Notes under the pieces: model-generated
What the model was told of the DNA's origin: nothing
Seen by the model: the letters and a program-made list of their open reading frames with translations, nothing else
Databases searched by the model: none
Assembly: GCA_963681965.1 (NCBI GenBank)
Contig: OY820579.1
Location: forward strand, 3,808,001 to 3,872,000
Direction: 5' to 3'
Source of the DNA: a bacterium
GTDB lineage: Bacteria > Electryoneota > JAOADG01
DNA length: 64,000 bases
In this document: piece by piece, positions 10,614 through 21,989 of the stretch
Position numbering within the stretch: position 1 is the first letter of the stretch
How the letters are laid out: each line of letters opens with the position of its first letter
Program-made: the position numbers and the translations under genes

Positions 10614-12959
10614 CTATTTCAGGAACACAACTTTCTGAGTCGCAGTGTATCTACCGGCAGTCATCTTCACAAAATAGACGCCGCTCGATAGTCGCTCCGG
10701 ACGCCAAGTAATACGCTGCTCACCGGCATTGTAGACATCATCTGCCAGCGTCGCAATCTCCCGCCCGGCAATATCGTATACCTTCAGCGTCACCCGCTCG
10801 CGCTGTGGAAGCGCGAACTGGATCGTTGTAGTAGGGTTGAAGGGATTCGGAGCGGCAGAATACATCGCATATTCGTGTGGAAGATTGGTGTTCTGCTCCT
10901 CCACCTTCACCAAACCGACCAGATGATTGTAAGGCGTGATTTCAAATATATCCGGATTGGTCAATACCGATATCCGGAGTCGCAGCGTCTGTCCGATTAA
11001 TTCTTCAGGAATATTACACAGGCTAGAACCAGCCGAGATAAGTGGTGTAGCGATTCTACGCCATAAGATATCCGGATAATTGACGCAGATATCGATCGCA
11101 AGATGATTAGTATCGCTGAGATGATCGTAACCCCACTGTACCCAGAATGGATTACTTAATACTTCATCGAATAACGGATTGGTCATCCAAACGACAGGGG
11201 TATTGACATCATATTCATAATGTATCTTCAAGGACGGATACTCGGGATACTGCAAGGTGGAATCGCTGTGAATTGCGCTTCTGGCAACAGATTGTACATA
11301 CACTTGATTCAAAGTCCAGTCATTTTGAAGTGGTGAAGGGGTAGTGTTTCCATCGACCCAAGCCGAACCACCGGAGCGATCGTCGAAATACATGATGTAT
11401 AGCGAATCGTTGTCGATGGTTTCCGGCATCGATGGCCAGATCCGGCTGTGCGCATTTCCAGAAATCGCGCCAGCATTATTGGTGGTATCGGTAATCGGCG
11501 TCGGTCGATACCATGTTGCACCATTATCATTCGAGTGAGTCACCCAGACATTCCCGCACGCATACCCGTTAGCACTGGTGTCGATATGATTGATCGGATT
11601 TCCATACATCGTGTAGGCGCAATACAATTCATTGTTCGACGCAATCGATAAACTCATCCGGTCGATCGTTGTCCGGGTTTCCTGACGCCACCGTGGCGGT
11701 TGGCGATCGTCCCGTGCTGTCGGCCACCACCAGCCATCGGCGACGACCGTAAAGGTATCGGGATTCGCATCCGTCCAGTGATACAGTAACGTTGGCGTAA
11801 AACCAGTACGTTTGACTGCTGGGATACGTGGATTGACATTAATATTGACTGTATAATCCTCATACAACTGGCAGATATTGAAGACAATATGCAGATTGTC
11901 GTTATTGTCGTACAACATTGCGCTGGTATTGATAAACCGGAAGGTGTCACCCGCTGCCCAAAGGGTATCGTGGTTATGCGATAACGCAAATTTCTCCTGA
12001 TCCCAGATTCGGAATTTTGTGATGTTGTTGTGAAGTGTATCGTCGAAATTCCAGGTCGTACCGCCATCGGTAGATTGCGCGATCCAGAGATCGTTATTGT
12101 AATCTTGTACTAGAAATCCCCGCCATCCGGGTTGATCGGCATACCCATTGGGAATCGCGGTCTGTGCCCAGGCGACAGCGACTTTATTCGAGGTTCGCGA
12201 TGATGCCAGCGCTACTGCGGGATAATAAGTACGGATCGCATGTGTGAATGGAGTAAAATTACGCTGCATCGTATCGCTTCTGGTATAATAAAAGCGGTAA
12301 CTGGATTCATTGGAACTATTGTAGAAGCGTCGCGCCATGACATGCACGACATCGTTGCGGTCGACGACCAGACAAGGATTGTAAAAGGTATCTGCCCATT
12401 CATGCTCAGGTGTCGGGAGTATTTCGTACCGGAAGCGAGATTGTTGATAGCCGGTATCGATCGCAATCAACGAGGCATATCCTGATATTGGCGAAACTGC
12501 AGGTACCGACTGATGTGCGCTAAGAACAGCTTTGCCATCGGAGAGAATTTCCTGCTGATTGTATCCGGCTCCATTGTCAAACACCTGCGTGGGAGTCGAC
12601 CAACTACCATTCGGAGCGCGGTAGCAATAATTCACAATGCGATTACCTAGCGGATTCCGATGATTCATCCAACTCGCATGAAGACCACCGGCACTGTCTC
12701 GCTGCAGAAACCGATTATGCGAACCATGAGAAAAGAAATCGGTATAGGTCGCACCGATTTGCCAGGTCTCATTCAATTCATCCGTAGCGCGGATCGGTCC
12801 CACTGCCGGTTCCGCGGGCATCGGCTGCGACGGAGTGCGTGCTTCATCGATCATCTGCGGCGCTGCCGGAAGTGCGGGATTGACCGTTTCGACAGTTCGG
12901 ATTGCCAATACTGCAGTGGCAATTATTCCCATCAAGATTGTTACGAGTAACCTTCTCAT
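10614..12959 (-). CDS. Secreted BNR/Asp-box protein with T9SS CTD, paralog 2
   Basis: Start MRRLLV (GGAGG RBS); STDGGTTW and SNDNGATW; one extra Ig-like module; PNPFN...KVVFLK. Confidence 0.88.
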   Translation of the reverse strand: MRRLLVTILMGIIATAVLAIRTVETVNPALPAAPQMIDEARTPSQPMPAEPAVGPIRATDELNETWQIGATYTDFFSHGSHNRFLQRDSAGGLHASWMNHRNPLGNRIVNYCYRAPNGSWSTPTQVFDNGAGYNQQEILSDGKAVLSAHQSVPAVSPISGYASLIAIDTGYQQSRFRYEILPTPEHEWADTFYNPCLVVDRNDVVHVMARRFYNSSNESSYRFYYTRSDTMQRNFTPFTHAIRTYYPAVALASSRTSNKVAVAWAQTAIPNGYADQPGWRGFLVQDYNNDLWIAQSTDGGTTWNFDDTLHNNITKFRIWDQEKFALSHNHDTLWAAGDTFRFINTSAMLYDNNDNLHIVFNICQLYEDYTVNINVNPRIPAVKRTGFTPTLLYHWTDANPDTFTVVADGWWWPTARDDRQPPRWRQETRTTIDRMSLSIASNNELYCAYTMYGNPINHIDTSANGYACGNVWVTHSNDNGATWYRPTPITDTTNNAGAISGNAHSRIWPSMPETIDNDSLYIMYFDDRSGGSAWVDGNTTPSPLQNDWTLNQVYVQSVARSAIHSDSTLQYPEYPSLKIHYEYDVNTPVVWMTNPLFDEVLSNPFWVQWGYDHLSDTNHLAIDICVNYPDILWRRIATPLISAGSSLCNIPEELIGQTLRLRISVLTNPDIFEITPYNHLVGLVKVEEQNTNLPHEYAMYSAAPNPFNPTTTIQFALPQRERVTLKVYDIAGREIATLADDVYNAGEQRITWRPERLSSGVYFVKMTAGRYTATQKVVFLK

Positions 12960-12999
12960 ACCGGTACCCTCCGTCGATTTCTTCAGTTCATCGACTTCT

Positions 13000-13335
13000 G
13001 TATGTCGGAATTTATTCCGACACTTTTTTTTGATGGTAGGGGCGGTTCGCGAACCGCCCGTGTCCTTCATTTTCACCACCAATTATATCTCTCACCCATT
13101 CCTATCCTGTTGGTGGCGCAGACCTTCGAGCCTGCGATCGTAGGGGCGAACCACAAAGTGCTCGCTGAAGGCAATCGCATTCGCCTCTATGTGATCAAGA
13201 TGCACAATCTGATAAAGAGGAGATTGCTTCGTCATTCCACTTCGGAAGTGCTACGCACGTTCCTACGTTTCATTCCTCGCAACGACAAATCAAGATACAA
13301 GATTCGGGAGGCCGCGGAGGGCCTCCCCTACTACA
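13000..13335. repeat. REP-like cluster; first ~135 bp duplicated at ~16045-16180
   Basis: GTCGGAATTTATTCCGAC, GTAGGGGCGGTTCGCGAACCGCCC, GGTGGCGCAGACC..GCCTGCG; near-identical spacer sequence in both copies. Confidence 0.85.
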
Positions 13336-13339
13336 AGAA

Positions 13340-15973
13340 TCATTTCATGAACACGACTTTCTGCGTTGCAGAGTATCTGCCGGCAGTCATCTTCACAAAA
13401 TAAACACCACTCGACAACCGGTATGGACGCCAGGTGATGCGCTGCTCGCCGGCATTGTAGATGTTGTCCGCCAGCGTCGCAATCTCCCTCCCGGCAATAT
13501 CGTACGCCTTCACCGTCACCCGCTCGCGGAACGGAATCGCGAACCGGATCGTCGTATACGGATTGAATGGATTCGGCGATGCCGGTGATAACCGATAGGA
13601 TGTCAGCAACTGAGTGTGTGGCTCCTTCACATCCGATACCAATCGCAAATTCACCGGACTCAGGTCGTACAATTCAACATTGTTCAATATTGAAATTCGG
13701 ATCCGAGCCGTGCTCGTCGTAAGCAGCGAGTCGCGGTACCAGACAAGCGAATCGCGATGAATCGGCACGACGCTGACGGTACTCCAATTCCCCACTGGGA
13801 AGTCGCGATTCAAGTCAACCCGGATATGACTGGTATCGAAAATCATCAGATGCGAATAATCGTACCAATCCCATTTCAACGTGATCGGATTCTGCAAACA
13901 TGCATCCGAATTGGTCAGGAGACGGAGCATAATCAACGACGAATCGCGGGGAATGATATCATTCGCTAGAATGCTGAAGATTTCTGGAAATTCACCAAGC
14001 GATATTTTGAATTTCAGCCGCTTGAGATTGACGTCGCGATCGAATGTCCAGTTAAATCCACCCGCACTCACCGGAGCAAAACCGATCGGTTCCCAATCGC
14101 CATAAGGATAATTCCGATTGAATTGAATCTCGACCATTGCTGCCGTATCGACATTTTGTACAGTCCATTGAATCCGGGCAGGATTACCGACATACCCTCG
14201 CGTATTCGGTATCACCAACTGCATTTGCGGATTCCGGTAGCTGACGTGTAGCGGTGGAAAAGTCGGGTACCGGAGGGTAGAATCGCTCCGAACACGATCG
14301 CGACTAAATGTTTGAACGTAGACCCGATTCTGTGTCCAATCAGTTCGGAGTACCGAACCGGAATCCATCCCATCGATCATCGCCGATCCACCGGAGCGAT
14401 CGTCAAAATACATAATGTAGAGCGAATCGTTGTCGACGACTTCCGGCATCGACGGCCAGATGTAACTGTTTGCGAATCCAGATGTCGCACCAGCGTTATT
14501 GGTCGTATCGGAAACAGGAGTGGGATAAAACCAGGACAATCCATTGTCGACGGAGTGTGTCACCCAAACGTTGCCGCAGGGATAGCCGTTGGCACTGGTA
14601 TCGATCGGATTCCGGGGATTCCCGTAGCGGGTGAAGACGCAGTACAATTCGTTATTCGTCGCAATCGACAGACTGAATCGATCAATGGTCGTGCGGTATT
14701 GTTGCAACCAACGGGGCGATGTGCGGTCATCGACCGGTGCTGGATACCACCAGCCATCGGCGACGACGGAGTAATTATACGGAGACGCATCGGTCCAGTG
14801 GTAGAGCAAAGTTGGTGAATAACCGATACGACCTACCGGAGGCGTGTGTTGTCCTGCCGTGTCGATGGTGTAATCTTCGAACAATTGACAGACATTGAAT
14901 ATTACATGCAGATGGTCGTAATTGTCATACACCATTGCTGCAATATTGACGAAGCGCAAGGTATCACCGGCAGCACCTAGTATATCGCGATTGCCGCTAG
15001 CATTGAAGCGCTGCCAGCTCCAATTTCGGAATTGCGTGATGTTATTGCGGGGATCGTCAAAATTCCAAGTCGTCCCGCCATCAGTCGACTGTGCCACCCA
15101 AAGATCGTTGTTATAACTCTGGGCGAGCGTGCCATTCCAACCACCTGGAGTCGTGTATCCATTCGGGATCACTGTCTGTGCCCAGGCGACCGCTACTTTA
15201 TTGGAGATCCGCGAAGTGGCAACAGCATACGACGGCTGAAATGAACGGAATGCGTAACTAAAATTCTGCGGATTAGTTTGATTGGAATCCGTCCGAGAAT
15301 AAAAAACTCGATAGTATGGGATATTTCTCCCGCCATCCAAATCGCGGGAGAAAATGTGTACCCTATTTCGTCGATCGACGGTACCCGAAGGAAACTCGAA
15401 AGTATCGAGTGGTAACGAAATTGGATTCGGCACAATTTCTCTACGAAAACCACAAATTTGATAATCTTCATCGATACCAATGACGCTTCGGTACCCTGAA
15501 TGGATTGGTTCATGTGCCAATACCACCGCTCGACCATCCCGTAAGCACTCCTGCTGGTTGAAGCCGGCACCAAGAGAAAATACCGATGAATTAGTCCCCC
15601 ACCATGCACCACCCCAAGGTTCTCGGAAAGTATAGGAAACAATACGGTCATTAGCATTGTTTGGGATTCGATAGTTCATCCAGGAAATATGCAGTCCACC
15701 CATTGTATCACGCTCGATGAAGCGATTGTGCGAGCCGTACGAGAAGAAGTCGGCATAGGTCGAGCCAACCTGCCAGATGGAATTGATTTCATCGGTTGCT
15801 GCTATGGGACCAACCGGTAAAGGAGTTTGTGCAGGAGATTCACTAGTCGATGTCGCTTCCGATAGTTGCAATGCCGGTGCCCGCAGTGCCGGATTTACGC
15901 GCGGAATTGGTCGAAGCGCAAAACCGGTAGTTGCGACTGCAATCAGGAGCAATATTGAAATTATCAATTTCAT
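13340..15973 (-). CDS. Secreted BNR/Asp-box protein with T9SS CTD, paralog 3
   Basis: Start MKLIIS (GGAGG RBS); same conserved blocks; two NRxY/FPxGxW modules; PNPFNP...KVVFMK. Confidence 0.88.
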   Translation of the reverse strand: MKLIISILLLIAVATTGFALRPIPRVNPALRAPALQLSEATSTSESPAQTPLPVGPIAATDEINSIWQVGSTYADFFSYGSHNRFIERDTMGGLHISWMNYRIPNNANDRIVSYTFREPWGGAWWGTNSSVFSLGAGFNQQECLRDGRAVVLAHEPIHSGYRSVIGIDEDYQICGFRREIVPNPISLPLDTFEFPSGTVDRRNRVHIFSRDLDGGRNIPYYRVFYSRTDSNQTNPQNFSYAFRSFQPSYAVATSRISNKVAVAWAQTVIPNGYTTPGGWNGTLAQSYNNDLWVAQSTDGGTTWNFDDPRNNITQFRNWSWQRFNASGNRDILGAAGDTLRFVNIAAMVYDNYDHLHVIFNVCQLFEDYTIDTAGQHTPPVGRIGYSPTLLYHWTDASPYNYSVVADGWWYPAPVDDRTSPRWLQQYRTTIDRFSLSIATNNELYCVFTRYGNPRNPIDTSANGYPCGNVWVTHSVDNGLSWFYPTPVSDTTNNAGATSGFANSYIWPSMPEVVDNDSLYIMYFDDRSGGSAMIDGMDSGSVLRTDWTQNRVYVQTFSRDRVRSDSTLRYPTFPPLHVSYRNPQMQLVIPNTRGYVGNPARIQWTVQNVDTAAMVEIQFNRNYPYGDWEPIGFAPVSAGGFNWTFDRDVNLKRLKFKISLGEFPEIFSILANDIIPRDSSLIMLRLLTNSDACLQNPITLKWDWYDYSHLMIFDTSHIRVDLNRDFPVGNWSTVSVVPIHRDSLVWYRDSLLTTSTARIRISILNNVELYDLSPVNLRLVSDVKEPHTQLLTSYRLSPASPNPFNPYTTIRFAIPFRERVTVKAYDIAGREIATLADNIYNAGEQRITWRPYRLSSGVYFVKMTAGRYSATQKVVFMK

Positions 15974-16044
15974 GGCGCACCTCCATCGCACGTACGTCCA
16001 ACAATATACCGGTTTTTCGATCGAATGTTCAGCATTTATTTCCG

Positions 16045-16232
16045 TATGTCGGAATTTATTCCGACTCTTTTTTTTGATGGTAGGGGCGGTTCGCGAACCG
16101 CCCGTGTCCTTCATTTTCACCACCAATTATATCTCTCACCCATTCCTATCCTGTTGGTGGCGCAGACCTCCGAGCCTGCGATCCTCTTGAGTCCAAAGAA
16201 CACAGGCGGACACGGGGGTCCGCCCCTACTAC
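16045..16232. repeat. REP-like cluster (copy of the 13000 region)
   Basis: Direct sequence match to 13000-13135. Confidence 0.85.
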
Positions 16233-16237
16233 AAGAA

Positions 16238-18916
16238 TCATTTCATGAAGACAACTTTCTGCGTCGCAGAGTATCTGCCGGCAGTCATCTTCACAAAATA
16301 GACACCACTCGACAACCGGTACGGACGCCAGGTGATGCGCTGCTCGCCGGCATTGTAGATGTTGTCCGCCAGCGTCGCAATTTCCCGACCGGCAATATCG
16401 TATACCTTCACCGTCACTCGCTCGCGGAATGGAATCGCGAACCGGATCGTCGTATACGGATTGAACGGATTCGGATATGCCGGATGCAGCGAATATTGCG
16501 AAATCACCGGATTCACCGGATCGTTCACACCGGCAACGATATAGTACAAGTGCTGCGATACATCACTCAGCGTCGGATCGCGCAACAATGAAATCCGGAA
16601 CCGGACATTGGCATTTTCAAACGACGGATCCCAGCGCCACTGCACCGTATCGTTCGTGATCGGCACATCCCGCAAGATCGTCCATGCCCCATCTGGAAAA
16701 TTACGATTCACTTCGATCCGCACCGAATCGGTATTGCGAATTCGAGTACCCGCCACATCGAAATAGTCCCACTGCAATATAATCGGATTGGTCAGATACA
16801 GTGCCGTCGGAGATACCAGTCGCAACGTCTGCAGCAGCGAGTCGCGCGGCGCATTATCGTCCGACAAGACATCGACGACAGTGGGATTCGATGCCAGTGA
16901 AATGCGGAACCGCATGCGCAACAAATTGTACTCTTCCTCGAACGTCCAATTGTATGTTCGGGTAGTGATCGGCACGTTATCGATCAACTCCCAGGCACCA
17001 TCGGGATAATCGCGGTTCAATTCGATATTGACTCGCGCCGTTGAATCGATTTGCCGGAACAACCAATTGAATTGGATTGGATTATCGAGATACAATCCCG
17101 CCGTCGGTGCAGTCAATCGCAGGATCGGCGCATTCGGATCGAATCGGTAGCTGCAGCGTAATCCCGGATAGTCGGGATAGTGCAAGGTGCTGTCGGTGCG
17201 AATCGCACTGCGTGCCACCGTTTGCACATACACTTGATTCAGCGTCCAATCGTTGGTGATGGTCGAACCATCCTGACCGCCATCGACCCACGCCGACCCA
17301 CCGGAGCGATCGTCGAAATACATGATGTAGAGCGAATCGTTGTCGATGGTTTCCGGCAGCGACGGCCAGATCCGGCTGTGTGCCGTGCCGGATGCGGCAC
17401 CGCGATTGTTCGTCGTATCGGTGATCGGAGTCGGATGATACCAGGTCGTACCGTTATCGACCGAATGCGTCACCCAGACATTCCCGCAGGGATACCCGTT
17501 GGCACTGGTGTCGATATGACTGACCGGATTGCCATACATCGTGTAGGCACAATACAATTCGTTGTCCGTTGCAACCGAAATACTCATCCTGTCGATCGTC
17601 GTTCGAAATTCCTGTCGCCACCGCGGCGGCGTGCGGTTATCCAACGTGACCGGCCACCACCAGCCATCGGCAACCACACTGAACGTATCGGGATGAGCAT
17701 CCGTCCAGTGATACAGAAATGTCGGCATCAAGCCTACCCGTTTCACTGGCGGGACGCGCGGACGAATACCGGCGGTATCCACCGTCAAATCTTCGACAAA
17801 CCGGCAGACATTGAAAATGATGTGAAGATTGTCGTTGTTGTCGTAAACCATCGCACTGGTATTGATGAACCGGAACGTGTCGCCGGCTGCCCAGAGCGTA
17901 TCCAGATGATCGGATTGCGCGAATCGTTCCTCACTCCAGACCCGGAATTTGGTGATGTTGTTGTGCACTGCATCGTCGAAATTCCACGATGCACCGCCGT
18001 CCGTCGATTGGGCAATCCAGAGATCGTTGTTGTATTCGGAAACTAAAAATCCCGTCCAACCGTGAAGATCGGTATATCCGTCCGGGATGGCGGTTTGCGG
18101 CCAGGACACTGCGACTTTATTCGATATCCGCGATGCCGCCAGCGCATACGATGGCTGGAAGCAGCGAAACGCATACGAGAAATTCGTCGGATTTCCCTGC
18201 ATATTGTCGGTACGCGAATAGAATACCCGATTGTAGGGAATATTCCTGCCGCCATCCTTATCGCGTGCGAAGACGTGCACGACGTCGTTGCGATCGACAG
18301 CGATACTCGGCCAGTTGATCGAATCGGTGGGTAACGTCGTTGGATTGGGAATATTCGCCAAAAAGAATCCAGCAGCCTGATAATCGCAATCGGAGGCAAC
18401 TGTCGAGACATAGCCACCGGGACGAGTTGCCGTCGCCGCGACGGAGTGATGCGCGCCGATCACAGCAATTCCTGAAGAGAGGATCTCCATCTGATTGAAT
18501 CCGGCGCCGAGATCGATCGCGGATCCATAATTCCACCAGATCGGTGTATCGGAAGTATCATAAGCTGCATAGTTGACAGTTCGTGCGCCGTTAGCCGACT
18601 GATGATTCATCCACGACGCATGCATTCCGCCGAGCGCATCGCGCTGCAGAAAACGATTGTATGCGCCGTAAGAGAAGAAGTCGGTAAAGGTGGTACCGAT
18701 CTGATACAGACAATCCACTTCATCGGTCGAGCGCACCGGTCCAACTTGCGACGGAGTGATCGGGAGAATGAGTGGGGTTGGAGGTTCTTGAGTTACTTGT
18801 CGGGAATAAATAGACACGGTTGGATCGCCCGGTGCCACCGGTCGAATGGCAAATGCGACGAATATCGCACAAAGCACCAGCGAAACCGTAAAGAGCAAGC
18901 GAAGTTGCGGTTTCAT
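16238..18916 (-). CDS. Secreted BNR/Asp-box protein with T9SS CTD, paralog 4
   Basis: 892 aa, AAGGAG RBS, signal peptide, STDGGASW and SVDNGTTW, YPNPFN tail. Confidence 0.9.
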   Translation of the reverse strand: MKPQLRLLFTVSLVLCAIFVAFAIRPVAPGDPTVSIYSRQVTQEPPTPLILPITPSQVGPVRSTDEVDCLYQIGTTFTDFFSYGAYNRFLQRDALGGMHASWMNHQSANGARTVNYAAYDTSDTPIWWNYGSAIDLGAGFNQMEILSSGIAVIGAHHSVAATATRPGGYVSTVASDCDYQAAGFFLANIPNPTTLPTDSINWPSIAVDRNDVVHVFARDKDGGRNIPYNRVFYSRTDNMQGNPTNFSYAFRCFQPSYALAASRISNKVAVSWPQTAIPDGYTDLHGWTGFLVSEYNNDLWIAQSTDGGASWNFDDAVHNNITKFRVWSEERFAQSDHLDTLWAAGDTFRFINTSAMVYDNNDNLHIIFNVCRFVEDLTVDTAGIRPRVPPVKRVGLMPTFLYHWTDAHPDTFSVVADGWWWPVTLDNRTPPRWRQEFRTTIDRMSISVATDNELYCAYTMYGNPVSHIDTSANGYPCGNVWVTHSVDNGTTWYHPTPITDTTNNRGAASGTAHSRIWPSLPETIDNDSLYIMYFDDRSGGSAWVDGGQDGSTITNDWTLNQVYVQTVARSAIRTDSTLHYPDYPGLRCSYRFDPNAPILRLTAPTAGLYLDNPIQFNWLFRQIDSTARVNIELNRDYPDGAWELIDNVPITTRTYNWTFEEEYNLLRMRFRISLASNPTVVDVLSDDNAPRDSLLQTLRLVSPTALYLTNPIILQWDYFDVAGTRIRNTDSVRIEVNRNFPDGAWTILRDVPITNDTVQWRWDPSFENANVRFRISLLRDPTLSDVSQHLYYIVAGVNDPVNPVISQYSLHPAYPNPFNPYTTIRFAIPFRERVTVKVYDIAGREIATLADNIYNAGEQRITWRPYRLSSGVYFVKMTAGRYSATQKVVFMK

Positions 18917-19160
18917 GATAACTCCTTTCGGGAATATTCAAAGTGAGCTTATTTTTGAGCTATCGTTAGTTATATAGTACAAAAGCCGGCAGGAAATAAC
19001 AATTGAAAATATGAATTCCGATTTTTTTCGGTATGATCTACGCACACGGCAAAACAGTTAATTCTTATTTTTCAGGTATTTAGTTATTCTATAAGTTGAT
19101 AGAATACTATTTTAAATATTAATAGATTATAATCGCGGCAATCATCTTTTTCGATCATTT

Positions 19161-19475
19161 GTAGCCGCAGGCTTCAGCCTGCGATTTTTTCTTGATTTTT
19201 TTATCCTGCAGTAGGGGCGGGCTCCCACGCCCGCCCGTTCTTGCATCTTTCTGTATCCAGATTTGTAGTTGCGAACGAAGTCAGCCGTTTCGGCTGACGA
19301 AGTGTGGAAACCTCCTCTTTTTAGTAGGGGCGGGCTCCCACGCCCGCCCGATCATTTTTTTAGACACAAGAGGAGTCGGAATAAATTCCGACCTACGGAA
19401 AAGATATGTGGTGGGTGATAGGGATTAGGAAAAGACGAAAAGATACCAGATCGGGCGGGCATGGGAGCCCTACCC
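19161..19475. repeat. REP-like cluster
   Basis: GTAGCCGCAGGCTTCAGCCTGCG, two GTAGGGGCGGGCTCCCACGCCCGCCC, GTCGGAATAAATTCCGACCTAC. Confidence 0.85.
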
Positions 19476-19506
19476 AACTGTCTACATTCATCGAAATCGC
19501 TGTCAA

Positions 19507-21870
19507 TTACCGGTAACAGTCCCACACTCGAATCGAAAGGTCGGAACCGCACACCGCCAAATGTGCACCATCGGGACTGATTGCCAGCGAGGTCACAATA
19601 TTCAAACCGGGATTCAAGGTGTACCGATACGTTCCATTCGCAATCGTCCAGAAATTAATGCTCCCGTTGCTTGGTGATGCACCGACGAGAAATGAATTCG
19701 ACGGGAAGAAACTGAAACCATTTCTCACGATCATCGTTGAAGGGGAATACATATGTCGAAGAATAGTCAAATCGGTCGCACTCAGAATCGCAATATCGAA
19801 TTGACATGCAACTGCGAGCATTGACCCGGAAGAATCGCAGCAAACCGCAGAAATATTTGTTAGTTCTTGATTTCGAAAGAGCGAACCATCGGAGATTCGG
19901 TACAGATAGATGTATCGATCGGAGTTGCAAATCAACATCGATCCGGATTGATTGAAATTGATGCCCTGTAATATCGAAGGATTGCTGATCGTCTGTTCGA
20001 GCGACCAGTCGGATGTTCGGTAGATTCGAACTTGGAATGAATTATACGCCAATACGGCGATTTTCGATCCATCGCGACTGACTGCCAACGCGACGATATT
20101 ACTGGTTTCTTGCGGAAAAGTATGACGCAGCGTTCCCGAAGGAACACTCCACAACTGCACGTAACCATCTGAAGTTCCGACATAGAGCAGGCTGTCGGAT
20201 AGACCGAATGTCAATGCAGTAATCACGTGTCCACTATTATCGATGGTGTTGATCGGGTTATTGGTATTTGTCCAGAGTCGAATCGTCGCATCGAATCCAC
20301 CACTCGCTAAAATGGATCCACTCGGACTATACCTGACACAATTGACCTGATCGCTGTGACCGGTCAGAACTGAAGGACTGTAACATGGAATTGGTGATAT
20401 TCGCTTGGTCACGCAGTCACTATTGTAAATTGAAACGACCGTCGAATCGTGAATAAAACCGGTTTTGTCAAAGTAGATAACATGATTGTAACCACTGCGA
20501 AGGCGCATCGTCGAAAATGTACCGGTCGACGAAGTATAAACGGTGTCAGCCGATTCAGCGCAGATTACGCGAACGTTAGCGACTGGCGTCTGATCGATTT
20601 CGTTGCAGACATACCCCGAAAGAATGCCGTAATTCGGGTAGAGCTGGGGATATAAAATCGCTGTATCATTTTCGGTAATTGCGACATTGTGATATGTTTG
20701 TCGCATATAGAATGAGCTGATTACTTCTAGATCGTAATATCCGACAGGAACGGAATCGAATTGGGCAATTCCTAAGGAATTCGTGTATGCGTCGCCATCC
20801 GCCGGCTCGGTAAGATGAAAGAGAATTGTATTGACGGGAAGTTGTCCGGAAGAATCCCGTGCGATCAAACGGAGCGATCCGACAGCTAAGTTAGTCATCG
20901 AAAAATTAACTTCGGCAGTGTCATTTTCAACCACATTGGCGAATTGCCGATTTTCTTCAAATCCAAAACCATTGGCAACAACCGAATATGTTCCGGTAGG
21001 AATATTGCGAAGGGAATACTTTCCATCCGAAGCGACATACACTGTATCAGATGGTGGAATTGTGGTGATTTTTACATTCGAACATCCATACCGGGATCGC
21101 GCCGGATTCGCTCTACCGGAAATCATCCCAACATCGACGGTGAAATCGATCATATGTGGAATTGTGGCATTGTACCGTACCTGATAATTACCATACCGGA
21201 GTAGACCGTGCCGGTAAATACAAACTTTCGGTGTGACATCGACATTGGTAATCGTAAAGAAACCGAATTGATCGCTGACCGTCATACTATCACGATAAGA
21301 GCCGGTTGAGATATATATTGGCAATCCTGAAATCGGGCTTGATGAGGAGTTGCGAATAACACCACCTAGCGTATTCAATCCTGCCGTCGGTTTGATCCAA
21401 AGATCGGCATAAGTCGATCGCGAATCGGAATCGAATGTGCTCCATTCCGTTCGCAGCACATTACCTTCCAGTTGTACTGTCATCAGCGTCGAATCGCCAT
21501 GCCGAAACGATGCATCCACGGAATCGAAATACATGACGAACCGATTGACCGATCGCCAAACCAAGCGTCCCAATTTCGTTCGGGAACTGTTATTGCTGTA
21601 ATAGGAATATGCATAGCTGCAGGAATCGGAGGCAATCGTCAACTCTTCAATTTTCATCCCCATCAAGCTACAACTGACAGTGTTGTTATATCGGAGTGTG
21701 GCGGTTGCGATGTGAATCCACGATCCTTGAAGTTGAGCGATCGAGTTTACCGGAATTCTGTTCGAATTGTTCACACTGTTATCGTCGTCTTTTTGGCAAC
21801 TAAATAAGAGGAGTGATCCGATCAGAACGATGATTGAAAACGTTAATCGGTGGAGATTGTAACGATTCAT
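19507..21870 (-). CDS. Lipoprotein with carboxypeptidase-regulatory-like beta-sandwiches and C-terminal WD40 propeller
   Basis: Start MNRYNL, lipobox LLFSC; GHSDQVNCVRYSPSGSILASGGFDATIRLW WD repeats; paralog of the 45335 and 48334 genes. Confidence 0.87.
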   Translation of the reverse strand: MNRYNLHRLTFSIIVLIGSLLLFSCQKDDDNSVNNSNRIPVNSIAQLQGSWIHIATATLRYNNTVSCSLMGMKIEELTIASDSCSYAYSYYSNNSSRTKLGRLVWRSVNRFVMYFDSVDASFRHGDSTLMTVQLEGNVLRTEWSTFDSDSRSTYADLWIKPTAGLNTLGGVIRNSSSSPISGLPIYISTGSYRDSMTVSDQFGFFTITNVDVTPKVCIYRHGLLRYGNYQVRYNATIPHMIDFTVDVGMISGRANPARSRYGCSNVKITTIPPSDTVYVASDGKYSLRNIPTGTYSVVANGFGFEENRQFANVVENDTAEVNFSMTNLAVGSLRLIARDSSGQLPVNTILFHLTEPADGDAYTNSLGIAQFDSVPVGYYDLEVISSFYMRQTYHNVAITENDTAILYPQLYPNYGILSGYVCNEIDQTPVANVRVICAESADTVYTSSTGTFSTMRLRSGYNHVIYFDKTGFIHDSTVVSIYNSDCVTKRISPIPCYSPSVLTGHSDQVNCVRYSPSGSILASGGFDATIRLWTNTNNPINTIDNSGHVITALTFGLSDSLLYVGTSDGYVQLWSVPSGTLRHTFPQETSNIVALAVSRDGSKIAVLAYNSFQVRIYRTSDWSLEQTISNPSILQGINFNQSGSMLICNSDRYIYLYRISDGSLFRNQELTNISAVCCDSSGSMLAVACQFDIAILSATDLTILRHMYSPSTMIVRNGFSFFPSNSFLVGASPSNGSINFWTIANGTYRYTLNPGLNIVTSLAISPDGAHLAVCGSDLSIRVWDCYR

Positions 21871-21989
21871 AGTAGCTCCGATATTTCGAAGGTTGGTAGT
21901 ATTTAAAATATACAATCTTATCGAAAGAAAAAAGCGCGTCTATCAATTATCAACAATTATTTCGGAATATCTCATTATTGGAGTGTACC

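Noticed and set aside
12960-13082. Long N-terminal extensions in the ORF track (10449, 13082, 16126, 40270, 53932, 61855, 30059)
   Set aside because: Downstream starts have an RBS or ATGA coupling and, for the secreted proteins, place the signal peptide at the N-terminus; several extensions are REP-derived.
13340-16480. Diversity-generating retroelement VR/TR pair at near-identical 3' ends
   Set aside because: Mismatches are mostly synonymous and not adenine-specific, and no reverse transcriptase is present.
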